DNA of 64,000 nt from Podarcis pityusensis (taxonomy: Eukaryota): NCBI GenBank assembly GCA_964106645.2, contig OZ067043.1, one strand, 5' to 3'. Position numbers and translations under genes: made by a program. The notes below the pieces were generated by a model. It made no database searches. It was not told where the DNA came from and worked only from the letters and a program-made list of their open reading frames with translations. Numbering within the stretch: the first letter of the stretch is position 1; the number at the start of each line of letters is the position of its first letter. Positions 36,465 to 51,269 of the stretch are shown here, in pieces.

Positions 36465-37989
36465 GTAAGTTATTTTCAACTAGTTTCTTACTTGACCATT
36501 CACTGGTTTACAGTGTATTGTATCTGTGAAATATACTCTGGTGTTTGCTTTTCGCCTCACACATTTCACTTGAGCAGCTTCAGATTGGGTGAGGAGCATG
36601 TGTGAACAAGAAAATATGTTAATTGCATTCTGATTCTTTTGTTCCCTTGCGCTATATTAATTGTTCAGTTACCCACTGGTCTCTAATGTTGGAGCTGTGG
36701 TAATTCTCTCCCTATGCAGGTTAGCTTGTGGTTTTTAAAGTGTGTTTTTTCACCTCTCTTATACTCTTAGCTGAAATACAATTTTGTGAGGAGGGGTTTG
36801 ATCTATAATTTGCCCCTCACTCTGCTAGTTCATCCTTTTCTCATGGGCAAGAGAACTGTGAGGCTTACCTGTTGTCCACTGCTCAGTCAAGCGGCTATGG
36901 ATGCTGGGGTTTAGGAAGCTCCTCATCTCCCCTTCCTGCTGTAGAACAGAGGGGAGTGGCATGGCTGGTTCAGCTCTGTGTGGACCATTTGGCTTGGCAG
37001 CATTGGAGCCAAACTATTCCCAGCGTTCCTCCAAGTCTTGGAGCTAAGGAAGGGGTGGATTTGCTGCATAACTGCTGGGATGACCCCCACATGTCAACCT
37101 GTGAATAAAACTCGGGTCACTATACTTGCCAACAGTGACAGCTAATTTACCCTAGCATAGTGAGTGAAAATGTAGGAGCCTATGTTAGAGAAAGGACCAA
37201 ACTAGATAAGATGTCAGGAGATCTGCAGTCGGGTCTCCTGATGCATTTTTTTTTATCAAAGGAGTCTGTGGAAGGAATTTGATTGTGGAAACAATGCTAA
37301 AGGAAATTGTTTAACCATTTCCCTCTGCACCCTTTCCTAACTAAATTCTCGCTCTCCTCCCCAAAGCTCCTATTTGCCCCAGGATGCAAAGTATATAGGA
37401 TCCCTGTATGAGTGTATGCACATACACCAGGAGCTTTGAATCTGTAGGAAAAAAGATAAAGAATTTTGGTTTTATTAATTGGCCCAGAAAAGTTTGTATT
37501 AATAGCTATATTGATGAATAACAAATTGTTTATTCAGGACAGTTGTTTGCTATTGTAGTTTAAAGAGAAGTATTGTGTCTTCCTTAAGTCGTCTAGGATT
37601 TGGCCCATTAAGGTTTTATTATGTATCAGAATGTTTGTATAGATGATAATTAAGTTGTAATAAATAAGTTTATAATAAAAAAATTAAGGATTTTTGGAAC
37701 ATATTTATTCCTTAACTTTGTTTCTGACTGATTGAGGACTGAATCTGTTGTGTATACTATACTTCTGCTTCCATATATAGCTAGACACATTTTGTTGAAC
37801 TGTTAACCTGTATTCAGTACAGTTGTTATGCTGGTGGTCCAGAGAAACCTAAAAATGTTTTTCTGGGTGCCTCAAATTAATTCTAAAATTACATTGGGAA
37901 GATGTTGGATTATATTCGACTGTCATGTGAAAAGCACTTAAAGTGTGAGCACTGAGCTAAAAACAATAAGTCCTCTTATGCTACTGAAA

Positions 37990-38122
37990 CAATTCATAGT
38001 GGGGTGACTTTGGGCCACCACTATCTCACAGTATAACCTATTTCATAGGGTTGTTTTGAATATAAAATGGTGAAGGAGAAACATGTACACCACCTGGTGG
38101 TCCTTAGAGAAAAGCTGGATAT
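37990..38122 (+). mobile_element. Old MIR/CORE-like SINE fragment
   Basis: gggtgactttgggccaccactatctc..aacctatttcatagggttgtt..taaaatgg, as in 58424-58590. Confidence 0.5.
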
Positions 38123-39507
38123 GTGTAACAATATTTTTTTTAAAGGATGTGTGTTTACTATCGAGCAATAGATCATCACAGAGATTTCATACTTGCAGCT
38201 GCTTCTCTGGATATAGAATAAGCCAATGCAGAGATTCAGTAGGAAGCACAGCTTGCACTGTCTGTGCAGCTGTAGTAAAAAAAAGAATAAGAAGCTAAGC
38301 CTCCTGCCTTGCACAATCGTTTGTCCAGGCACCAGCTGCTGGGCATACATCTTCTGCCATTTTGATAACTCCACAAGTCACAGAATTTCTCCCTCACACT
38401 GCAGCCTTGCAGCTGCTACTACAGATACTATAAAAGCTGTATATCCGAGAGCAGTTAATTTACCATCTATTGTATGTTCAGCTCTACTATACTGTGATAG
38501 CGGACCTCTGCCCTAGAACTTGCTTCCTCATTTTATTCCTTTCAGCAACAAGCCAAAGTATTTTATACCTCTGGTTTTTTTTATAGGGTTGTTGTTTTGG
38601 ATTGTTGTTTTTCTGCTGATATTCGTTGGTTACGTCATTTTAATTATTGCTTTATTTTGTGTTTGACTAGTAAGCCACCCTGACAATAGGAATAAAATGT
38701 GTTGGTAGAGGAATTTAATAAGTAAACTATTTGCCATGCTTCTTGTTGCATTACTCATTTTGCCATAAAAGCAGAAAAATGGTGAAGAAGATAGGTAGAG
38801 GGCTTCGTATGCCAATTGGCACCTTTTGTTAGCAAGCACACTCTGAAGTGAGAAAGATCCTGTATATACTAATAGCAAACATGCTTTCTGAGTGTAGGTA
38901 CTTATACAGCCAAAACAGCATTGTCCATGCACAAGAGAGAAGCATCAGCAGGCTTTGGAAAACACCAAGGTTTCCAGATGTCTCAAAAAGTGAGGGCAGG
39001 ACGGGATGTATGGGAAGGAACCCCAGAGCATCCCAGTGCGGACCAAGCTTGTTCGGTGGGCACAAAATGCTGACAGTTAGCAGGGTGGCAGTGGAATGGA
39101 GTATCTTGGAAAAAGACATGGCTGGCTTACTGTGGTCCTGAACAGAAGCCCTCCACCGTATGGTATTTTATTGCGGAGCCCAATCTTCTGTTATGATAAT
39201 AAAAACTGAGCAGTAGCACAAAGCATTCTTGCACAGGATACTGTGCTGACATGAGTTTTGGATCAGAAACTTCATCAATCAACCATTGTCTTGTCCTTTG
39301 GCCCCTAATTTGTGCCACTCTAAGAATTACATGTCTGTAATGTATAATGCAAAGCTAGTCCTTGATGAGGCTTTCTATGTGTGAGCCAAAGATCTTATCT
39401 GAGCTTCTGCTGGTAGTAAACCAGGTATTGCCTTTTACCCTGAGTCCCATAGAACCAACATTGGTTCTTGGTGATGCTAGACCACCGGCTGAAATGCGAA
39501 ACTGTAG

Positions 39508-39801
<294 letters not shown>

Positions 39802-40851
39802 TGAAAGACAGTGTGTGGTTTGGTTGTTACAGCCTTGTGCATCACTATTAAACTGTCCTGCTGGTAGAGTGGGGAGACGGCAAGCTGAAGATATAAAGTC
39901 CTGAGGGTGTGAGACAGTACATCCTAGGTGAGGAGGTTGAGAAGTTTATGCAATTTGTATTCTAAAACAGTGTTCCCCATAGAAAAGAAAGTCACAAACG
40001 GAAAAAAATCCCAAATAAGCACAAAACCCTGATCTTGTTTAGGAAATGTATGGGAAACAGACTTAGGCTGGAATTCAACATCATGGTATTACAAATGTCG
40101 CATCTGTGCAAGCATATCAACCTGCCAGGTGGAACAGTCTCCCCTCCCCCGTGTGCTATTCTGGTGGTTCTCCCGACACCCATCCACCCCCTGAGACAAT
40201 TTCGGGGGGTGCAGGTCTCATGCAACAGGAAGGCCCGTTGTGCAAGTGAAAGTCCCTGCATTGGGCTTCCACTGGCAGGGCCCCTTAGGTGAATCCTACC
40301 CATGATGTGTGGCTTGGAACCAACCATTTGTCCAACAAGACAATATTTTGTTTAATAATACTATTAAGTGAGTCTGATACAATACTGGGCTGGTTGGATT
40401 TTGCATTGGAATAATTGCCTAAGAGTGTTGCTATGGAGACGTCATACTCATTCCAGTTGTTGGCAAGTAGTAATTTTGAAAGCACTTAAGAGAGTTGCTG
40501 GGTGCTTCTGTGACAGCTCTGCAGGAGACTAAAAGACCATCAGATCTATTCCTTGCTTCCTCTGCATCTCAGCCCCTTCTCCAGGGCAGAGCAAACCCAC
40601 ACACCACCTTCTCTTCAGTCAGCCTATAGGATGCAGATGGCAGCATGCCACAAGTAGAGAGCAAATGCAGTGCAGGAAGCTTCTGGCAATTGTAAGTGCT
40701 ACTGTGCAAGCAAATACTAGCCAGGATTGTGCATGTGAACACATACAATTAAATCATGGATGAGATAATCAGATAATTGGATTGATATTGTTTCTATTGG
40801 GATGTTCAAAGGCCTAGAACAAAACTTTCTCCCTTTTTATCACATGGGTAG

Positions 40852-41004
<153 letters not shown>

Positions 41005-41243
41005 TAACTTCTTAATCATTGCTATTTATAGGACTGGGAGAATTGGGATCCCAGAAGAAAACTTATTTTGAAAATTGTACCTTGCTTTTCAAAGCCAAAA
41101 CACCACCTTCACAAAGTGGTTTGTTTAATATCTAAGCTGTAGAAGACTGTCAGAATACAACGTTCCTGCCAGTGCCGTTTCAAAATGTGGGTTCTCGGGA
41201 GCAGAATATTCACTTACCTACTTTCTTCTTTGTTGTTCTATAG

Positions 41244-41399
41244 GGTGCCCTGGTTTTTCTAGAGCAAGCTCTCATCCAGTATGCCCTGCAGACACTGCTT
41301 AGCAAAGGTTACACCCCTGTTTATACCCCTTTCTTCATGAGAAAAGAGGTGATGCAGGAAGTGGCCCAGCTAAGCCAGTTTGATGAAGAGCTCTACAAG
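41244..41399 (+). CDS. SARS1: SARS1 exon 6
   Basis: ctatag|GGT...AAG|gtaagg; [15 protein letters not shown]...[26 protein letters not shown]. Confidence 0.96.
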
Positions 41400-41810
41400 G
41401 TAAGGTGGGAAGGGTAAAATTACTGTTTTAGTAGCAAACTATAGAAGCTTCTAGGAAAGTTTTGTGTTGCTTCCCTTAATGTGTAATCACATTGTCCCTG
41501 GAGCCATGTGGAATTTTTCAAATACTGCTGGTAAACTTTCAGTCAGATAATTGACTATTTCAATATTTGTCCTTCATTTCAAATTGCTGCACGCTTCTTT
41601 AGGAAGCGTTTCTACCATCAGCCACAGTCAGTGCTAATAATTTATGATAATGAAAAGCAATGTTGGGTTGATAGGTTAAAGGTTTTGTTAACATTGTTTC
41701 TAATCATCACAGGCATTGTGCCATGTCTTCCCCATTTTCTGATCCACAAGTACTTAACTGTTTGTCATTGGGGGGTCAGAATGGTTAGTGATGTTTCCAT
41801 ATGAAAGGTA

Positions 41811-42349
41811 CCGTATTTTTCGCTCTATAAGATGCACCCCCCCTCCAAAAATTAAGGGGAAATGTGTGTGCGTCTTATGGAGCGAATGCAGGCTCCTTGG
41901 CTTCAGCGATAGCAACGCGAAGCCTCCAAAGTGCAGAGGGAGTGCTCCCTCCGCGCACCGGAGGCTTCGGTTTGCTTTCGCTGAAGCCAGGAGAGCAAGA
42001 CTCTCCTGGCTTCAGCGAAAGGAACCTGAAGCCTCCAGGCTTCAGGGATAGCCACCTGAAACCGGAGGCTTTGGGTTGCTTCGCTGAAACCAGGAGAGCA
42101 AGAGGGATTGGTGCGCACCGATCCCTCTTGCTCTCCTGGCTTCGCTTCGCTGGAGAGGCGTTGCATAGCTTTCCCTCCGCGCAGCACCCCTTCAGCGAAG
42201 CGGGAGGAGAAATGGAAGGGGCTTCGTTTCCCCTGCCGCTTTGCTGAAGGGGCGCTGAGCAGAGAGGGGGAGATTTTTTTTCTTGTTCTCCCCCTCTGAA
42301 TCAAGGTGTGTCCTATGGTCAGGTGTGTCCTATAGAGCGAAAAATACGG
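41811..42349. mobile_element. 539-bp Tc1/mariner-type MITE in SARS1 intron 6
   Basis: Perfect 19-bp TIR CCGTATTTTTCGCTCTATA at both ends; TA on each side (41809-41810, 42350-42351); no transposase. Confidence 0.9.
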
Positions 42350-42470
42350 TAATTAATGTAGCTAAGTTGTAGCTAAGCAACAATTTAGAAAAACAATCAT
42401 AGAAGAAATTATATGATTCAGTGAACCAGTAATTTAGGCCACAAGGGCTTTCATTGGAATGGTCCACTGA

Positions 42471-42962
<492 letters not shown>

Positions 42963-43406
42963 TAGTTTGAGTCAGTCCCCAGATAGTGTGTGTTTTTCAG
43001 TGATGTGCCGTTGAAGAAGTTTGCATTGTTGAAATGTATTGGGCAATTGAAATGAAACTGGTGTTCCTCTGTAACAGTTTATGGCAACTGAAAGTGTTGT
43101 TTGTATTCAGTAGGAGGCCGATAGCTATTTTTCTCTGTCTCAGTAGTACTTAGAAGCTGGTTTATGTTTGGGAACTGAAAGTTGTGTTTGGTTGCATTAG
43201 GCTGTTGAGTTACATTCACCTCCATTTTATGATTGTGTTCAGTTTTATTTCATTGTTTTTTCTTGGTAAGGTTATCTTTAGTAAAATTTGCAGGGTTTCC
43301 CTCCCCCTGACTTTTCATGCTGTCAAAAGCTTGGGAATCCAGCATTGTTCCCAAAGGAACTGATTTTAGGGGTTGATGTTAAGTCACAGAAGACACAGAA
43401 CAGTAA

Positions 43407-43664
<258 letters not shown>

Positions 43665-44005
43665 TAATTTGCAGCCTAATCTATGTTTGGTTTCTCAAAG
43701 TTAAATCTTTCAGTGTTCAGTGTGGCCTGCACCCTAGAAAGTGTGCAAACAATTGCACCTGGCAGGCGGTAATCTCTGGTCGTTTGTATCAGGATTTATT
43801 TGCTTTAATTGTAAGACCTGTAGTATCTCAGCATGCAGCCAGGTACTCATGTTTATTGTCCAGACTAGCACACATTCTAATTGAGGGAAATGACCATAGA
43901 TCTCCTTGTTACTCTTGGTTTCATTCTGTATCTCCAAAACTATGAGAGGGGTGAGAAAGGCACATCTTTCAATTCCCATTATTAGAACACTGAATCACTA
44001 CCTAA

Positions 44006-44260
<255 letters not shown>

Positions 44261-45208
44261 TAATTATTTGGGTTCTTAAGAAGGTGCTGCTGTTTACCCA
44301 TGTAGCCTTCAGGAAAACATCTGCCTTTTTGCTTTAGTCTGATAAGTTTTTTCTATTCACCATCTGAGTTGATTGTCCCAATAGGTTGCAACTTTGAGTC
44401 CTTGCTAGGGAGACAAGTTGGCAGTAATGTTGATTCTGGAGATCTAGCAAAAGTTGGAAAGGCCCTGTTAATTTCCATAATTTCCCATAAAGATCCAGGT
44501 TTTCTGCCTGTCATTTTGTCTCACTACTTCTTCTGTGATGCTACCATGGAAGTGACCAGTTTGAGAATGGTCCACTTGCCAGTTGAGAATTAACTGACTG
44601 CTACCAAAGAGCCCTAGGATTGCTTTCTTGAAAAAAGTAAAAAATGTAATCCCTTAAAATTATGAAGAGTGTAGAAATGGAAACCTGAAGAATGAATAAT
44701 CATTGGGCTTTCCTTTTCTTTTTTAGATTTTTTTTTTAATTTGAAAGACAGAGGTTGTATCCAGTGAAGTCAAACAACCCCTAATAGTTACTTGGTGTTC
44801 AGATATTGGACATTAGTAAACAAACCAACATTCATACAAACACATTTAAAGGCAAAGCTCAGTTATTTTCATTCTCACAATTATCACAGAAAAGGAGGAT
44901 GTTATCTAGTTCAACTAACAGTGCAATCTACCTTGCTGCTTCTAAAATGTTTAGATAAGGAAGTCTGTTGCAAAGTGATTGGTTAAGCTAAGCTAGAAAA
45001 TGTTAGTTGTAGTGTTCCTAAATTGGAACAACTATTTATTAGACTGAAGGCTCTGCCTTTTCAGATGACTGAGTAACAGAATGACAGATTAGGTTTATTG
45101 GAATGGTTATTTTGGAGATGGTATTTATCCTCTTCAAAAATGTGTTTTCTTGCTGCTGCTTTTACTTGCTTTTACTTACTGAGAACATGAAATGTTCTGC
45201 CCTCAAAG

Positions 45209-45338
45209 GTGGAGTTTGTGCATATGCTCAATGCCACGATGTGTGCTACAACACGTGCTATATGTGCCATCCTTGAGAATTACCAGACAGAGGAAGGAAT
45301 CATTGTACCAGAGAAATTAAGGGACTTCATGCCGCCAG
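45209..45338 (+). CDS. SARS1: SARS1 exon 10
   Basis: tcaaag|GTG...CCAG|gtaata; [43 protein letters not shown]. Confidence 0.96.
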
Positions 45339-45811
45339 GTAATAAAAAGAAAATGCTTGTTGCCCTCCCCATAGCCATCCATAATTATGTATTTTATACC
45401 ATCTAATCGTCCTTGTTGTCTGAGCCTAATAACTCTTCTCAACTCATAAAACAATTGTGACAATTTCCTCCTGTCTAGAATAAAGGGTTATATCTAAACA
45501 AAGAGAATTCATTACAGTTGCTATTTTTACTGACCCATAACATTTCAAAAGGAGCAGTATGTAAGAGGATGCAGGTGGGTCTCTCTGGTCCTTGGCTGGA
45601 AAAGGGTGGGCAAGCTCAGATGTGCTGTCCCGAACACTGTCTACTTTACTTTGTTCAAGGACATGGGGTAAATTAATCAAGGTGACTTGGTGTGTAAGAT
45701 TGGTGTGATGTGTGAGAACAGACGGAGGATTCTTGTTGATACTTCCTTTGTAGAAGTTTGGCCCTGGTGTGTTCACTCTGTTGTCTTGCTCTGCCTTCTT
45801 CCTCCTTTTAG

Positions 45812-45969
45812 GCTTGAAAGAAATGATAAAATTTGTAAAACCTGCTCCTATTGATCAGGAACTTTCCAAGAAGCAGAAGAAACAGCATGAGGGAAGCAAA
45901 AAGAAATCGGCTGGTGGGGACTGTGCACTGGAAGGAAAGATGCAGAACATGGATGTGAACAGTCCCTAA
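45812..45969 (+). CDS. SARS1: SARS1 exon 11 (UNE-S domain, stop codon)
   Basis: ttttag|GC...CCC TAA; [52 protein letters not shown]. Confidence 0.95.
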
Positions 45970-46467
45970 AAGGGATCTATGTGTTACTTTTTCTGAGATT
46001 GCACAGTTTAGTGCATAAAGTTGCAGGGGGTCCTGGATATGAATTCCTGCTTTGTCTCATCCCTCCTGTCACCATGGGCAAGTTCCTTTTTTCCATCTCG
46101 GCTTCCACCCTCTGTAGCCTGGGAAGATGCTCCTTCCCATGCTGGCTCTGAGGATCCACTGGTGTTTGTTTTCACATTGAATGTGGAAAGCACTAGAGGT
46201 GCTGACCAGTCCCCCAGAAGTCTGTATGTCTTATATTATGTTAATTATCCATGGAAACAGTTTCTATTCAAACCCCTAGATGCAAATCCAAGCAGAGGGA
46301 ACAAACTGCTATATCATGTTTATTTGCTGAAAATCTCTGCTGAGCAGAAGCAACACTGGGATAAAGCAAAGATCAAAAGGGAAAATAAGTATAGGCATGT
46401 GGCGTTTTACTGTAAAGACAGTCTTTGCTTAGTCATAGGATTTTACCTGATATGGTGGCACTCGGTG

Positions 46468-46473
46468 AATAAA
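46468..46473 (+). terminator. Probable SARS1 polyadenylation signal
   Basis: AATAAA about 500 nt after the stop, followed by T/GT-rich sequence (46497-46540). Confidence 0.65.
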
Positions 46474-47457
46474 GCAAGCATTGAAAAACATGATGCTTTT
46501 CTCAGTTGTATTTTATGACTTCTGTATTTCTTGGATTCCTTTAACAACATTGCTTGTATCTGCTCACATATGAAGCGGACTGTTTTACACAGATGTGTAA
46601 GTGGCCATAGTTTGCAGATATGAAATGCAGGTTAACAGAACCCAACTTTTTGTTTTGTGTTAGTACTGGCCTATTAGCAGTATGCCTTCAAATACATTTG
46701 TGCAGTACTTTCATGGCAGCATAATAACTTGGCCTGTATCTTCCATTTACCTCAGTTATCTGTAATTTTCTGGATATTCAATTCATTCAAATTGTAATAT
46801 TTAATAATATCTGTGGAATTTGCATAGCAAAAAGGAGTCCCATATCAGATGAAAGATAGAAATTGAGAGTGCATGTCACCAAGCTTTTAGCACCCTAAGA
46901 TGCAATTAATCTGGTTCTGAAGATTTGAAGTCATCTAACATAGATGAGTATTTCCTGGCCAGCTCTTTATCAGTCTGGAATTTCAATCCTACCCTCGTAA
47001 CTGTTCAGGTTACCTATATGAGATTGCACAGGGTTCCTCTTTGGAGAGAAGACACAAAGGTAAATAGGAGTTGAGCAATTAGCTGACCAAACACTAAGCA
47101 GTTATCTGGAGAAGGTGGAATGTCCAGGCATCTTCCATTCATATCAGAGGTGAAGAAACAGCATTTTACAAGCTTCAAACAGCAATTTCCTTGCTGGGAA
47201 AATTTCCTACCATCTCCAAACTTCCATTCCTTTTTTATGTATCTTTGGGTTGTGTTGACCTATCCATATCTGACATCACTGGTGACCAACAAAACACTCC
47301 TTCCACTCCAGTGCACTTAAAAAAATCATCAAGGATTTTCTTTCCTTTAATGTAGCCTTTTCAATAACCTGAAAGAAGTTATCAGATCAGCAGTAGGAGG
47401 GACCTTTTTGAGCTACCCAGGGGAAATTTGGTCCATTAATCCAATTACATCTACTCT

Positions 47458-47579
47458 TGAGTATCTGAAGAAGTGTGCATGGACACAAAAGCTTAAACCC
47501 AGAACAAACTTAGTTGATCTCGTAAGGTGCTACTGGACAATTTTTTTCGACTGCATTAGACCAACACGGCTACCTACCT
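47458..47579 (+). mobile_element. Probable Penelope-like element terminal fragment
   Basis: tctgaagaagtgtgcatg..cacaaaagct..aaacttagttgatct..taaggtgctactgga...agaccaacacggctac; recognised from reptile repeats, family name tentative. Confidence 0.55.
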
Positions 47580-48135
47580 AAGCAGAACATTGTTGGAGAC
47601 AACCCATGTCTTTTTAGGGAAGAGGCTGCAAAAGGGCCAGAATTTTCCCCTATAAGTAAGTTTGAGAGGCATGCTTTCGTCTTACCAGCTGGTGGCAATA
47701 GAGACACGATTTCTCCATCATTGGTGCTTTCCCTTTCGTACAAAAGGCAAAGAAATCCCTGTTGGTTGATAAGGAGGGGAAGCCTAGAGTCAGACGTCAG
47801 ATGTTTATCAGGACCAACCAGTATGTCACAATATAGCTAGCTCTCCAATAACACTCTAATAGATGAGCTGTTAAACTCGTGCAGTGGGAGGGGAAAGGGT
47901 ACCCTGATTGATGTACCCACAAAGTCTGCATTTAGTCATGGTCTTAAGATTAAGGTAAGAGGAAATACCAAAGTTGCAGTTTACTTGCTAAGTCCAACTT
48001 AATTCAATAGGATTTCCTCCCAGCTAAATCAGTGTAGGATGCAGCCTGTTCGTGCCTAGTCATGCTGCTGATGAGCAGAAAAAATACAGTTTCTTAAATA
48101 GTTTCCTAGATTGAAAAAACAGAAGAGAAATAGTG

Positions 48136-48450
48136 GAATCATAGAATTTTAGAGTTGGAAGGTGTCCCAAGAGTCATCTAGTCCAACTCCCTGCTATGCA
48201 GGAACCTCAACTAAAGCATCCATGACAAATGGCCATCCAGCCTTTGCTTCAAAATCTCCAAGGAAGGAGAGTCCACAACCTCTTGAGGGAGACTGTTCCA
48301 CTGTCAAACAGCTCTTAACTGTCAGAAAGTTTTTCCTGACGTTTAGTTGGAATCTCCTCTCTTGTAACTTGAATCCATTGGTTTGAGTCCTGTCATTCAA
48401 AGCAGGAGAAAACAAACTTGTTCCCTCTTCCATATGACAGCCCTCAAGAT
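48136..48450 (-). mobile_element. CR1 LINE 3' fragment including the ORF2 C-terminus
   Basis: Minus translation LEGCHMEEGTSLFSPALNDRTQTNGFKLQERRFQLNVRKNFLTV is the typical CR1 ORF2 end; tail ATTCTATGATTC. Confidence 0.88.
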
Positions 48451-48457
48451 GGCTATA

Positions 48458-48646
48458 GATGTTGGGAAAGATTGAGGGCACAAGGAGAAGGGGATGACGG
48501 AGGACGAGATGGTTGGGCAGTGTTCTTGAGGCTACTAACATGAGTTTGACCAAACTGGGAGGCAGTAGAAGACACGAGTGCCTGGCATGCTCTGGTCCAT
48601 GGGGTCACGAAGAGTCGGACACGACTAAATGATTAAACAACAACAA
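48458..48646 (+). mobile_element. RTE-BovB LINE 3' end
   Basis: gatgttgggaaagattgagggc..aggagaagggga..gagatggttgg...gtccatggggtcacgaagagtcggacacgact..(CAA)n tail. Confidence 0.9.
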
Positions 48647-51269
48647 TAGCGAAATATCCCATTTCAGCAAAGAAATTTAGCTGGAGAAGTGCAGCAGTTT
48701 TCCAAGCACAGTAGCATGCAGGTATATACCGTATGTTTGTATAATAACGTCTCTAAAGTAAGTGAGAGGTAGAGTGGAGCCTCTCTTGCGTGGGTTTATA
48801 TAAAAGAATGGATAGTATATTTGACTGCAGTTAGTGAATGGAGTGCTGGAGTGTTGCTTAACAGCAATATGAAATAGTTTGTGGAATTTGCAAAGAACTC
48901 TATAGCAGAGATTGTTATATGCATATATGAGAGTGATTATAGTGCCTCATTGCGCCTATATTTATACCCAGTCTTTCTGGTTTTTCACCCTGGCTTATTA
49001 TTTTGTTTTATGGCATTTCTTACTGTAGTTGCTTCATACTGTTTTATTGTTGGCTTTTATTTTTTTATATACTGCTGTTTCACTACATGCATAAGCTGTC
49101 ATGAACTATATAAGGAAAGGTGGGGGTGAATATTTTGAATAGCACTCACTATTTCTACTTTCTGGAAACAAATCAAAGATTTTTTTGTTTTGAGAAGCCT
49201 TTTCAGCTGGATGAATTTTTCTTTTTCTTTTTTTTTTAAAAAGATACCTGTTAGAGCATTACTCTAGAACTGAATGTCCCCTTCTGCCATAGCTCCTACC
49301 CTCTGGGTACTTATAACTCTGCATTTGTTGCCTTACACCACAAGCAAGAAAGCTGAAGTGAATTTGGATTACGGGTTACAATGGTGTGTCATTTTCTCAT
49401 TATGTAAATATTTCTGGCTCCTCTACCTGGTTAGTATTTACCTGGGAAAGCCTCCTAAACAAATCTGCAAAGTATTACATTTAATTAAAAGAAAGATTCA
49501 GCCTGGCCTACAAGAAGGAGAAGCCCGTAGAGGATTTCTTACAAAGTTTCTTAAATGCTCATGTTCCTCAAAGTATTGATCTTATTAAATCTATAGCTGG
49601 TTTTGAACCCCTCCCTCTCCCCCCCCCAATGGACTTTTTTTTGCACATGAAAGAGCAGCTGGTACCCAGAGAGGCAGGAGCAGTCTTTCAATGGCCATGG
49701 GCCTTCCATCCATCTGACTGGGAGCACTTGCTCCCTGGCTTCCTTTGATCAGCCACACTGGAGAATAATACTAAATAGAAAGAGGAACAAAAGGAGCAGC
49801 TTGGAGAGGCTCCAATTTGTAATTCAAAAAAGGGGGTTGGAAATTCACATTCCTGCTTGCTGCAGCCCTGAGGGGGAGGGGAGGGTAGGAGGGGTGGGGG
49901 ACTTGATTTCATCACCCCTGATGATTGCGTGTTGTTTTCTGGCTGCTGCCACAGTCCTAGTGCAATAAGATGGGGGTTTAGGGGAGAGAGACTCAGACAA
50001 AATCTACCCAATCATGGTAGACAAATTCCTTCTGTTTAATTCTGGAAGGTGGGTGGTGGTCTTTTAAACTGGCCCAGCCCAGCAAAACCAAGAATGAAAA
50101 TCCAGACGGCTTAGGTGGGTTAATCCAACACACTCTGCAGTGGGGTCCCAGTTAATCCAAACTTGGTAAATGTACCAGAGTTAACAGCAGTTTGCAAACA
50201 ACATACCGCCCGAAAGTGAGAAAAAATAGAGCTGAGTGTGCTAAGATAACCAAGCATGTGTTTCTTGCATAGCGTTTGTTCAGTGCTGGGTGAGTTGCAA
50301 GGCACAGAGGCAGGCAGCCCAGAGGTTCCTTTTCTCCTACTATGGAAAGAGCAACCCTGCTGACAGCTTCAGAGTTCTCATCCAAATGTCATGAAGATGC
50401 ATGTAAAGCCTAAGGTTGGACTGAGAAAGAAGAAGGAACAGAACCATAGTTTCAAACTATTGCTCTCACCACCTGGTCATCGTATACCCATCAGATCTTG
50501 GCTTGCCTTTCGTTGGTTCCGTGACCTGCGGCCCTATCAATGGCAGCAAACCCCGTGATCAAAAGTGTCGTGTTTGAAGGATTGATGCAACAAGTCATAA
50601 TTTTGATCTGACTTGTGAGATTACTCCCAATGGCTGTGCTAAAGGTGAACTTGCCCCCATCTGCAGTTGGTCCACAGTGGGAGAAATTTGTGAAAACTTC
50701 GCATGTATCAGCATACAGTTGGGGTGATTCTGAGCCAATTAACTGTTTTGAAATAAGAGCAGCTGCAGTTCACTGTTCCACCCCCATTCTTCTCTAAACA
50801 TGACAGCACTTGTATAGTTCTGCCTTCCCAGGTGTATGCATGCACACATGTGACCCTATCTTCAGATACGTGGATTGACTTCTGGCACATAACCTCCCCC
50901 TCCCCCCCAGAACAGATCAAGGAATGTATCACTACCGCATGCATTTGATAAGTTGGGAAAAGGAACTACAGAGGCTGTCTTGATTGCATCAAGAAGACAG
51001 GTGTGATGCAGTAAATGCAGTGTGGGCATTCACTATGTGAGACTTAAATCCCTACCGAAACAAGTCATTTGGACAAGCTGCTTTGGACAAACCTGAACTA
51101 TCTCAAAGTCCTGGTTTAAGAATAAGCAAGATAAAAAAATATATGTGAGTGGTCCATTGGAATATGCTTTCTAGACCAGAATGCCAACAGGAGTAGAATC
51201 CAGAGGTCAATTAAAGATGTCTGCTTTAGACATGAGACTGCTATACTGTACAGGAGGTGGTGAGAAATA

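Noticed and set aside
41788-42304. Overlapping ORFs of 63-133 aa within the MITE
   Set aside because: No transposase motifs; they result from GC-rich internal palindromes.
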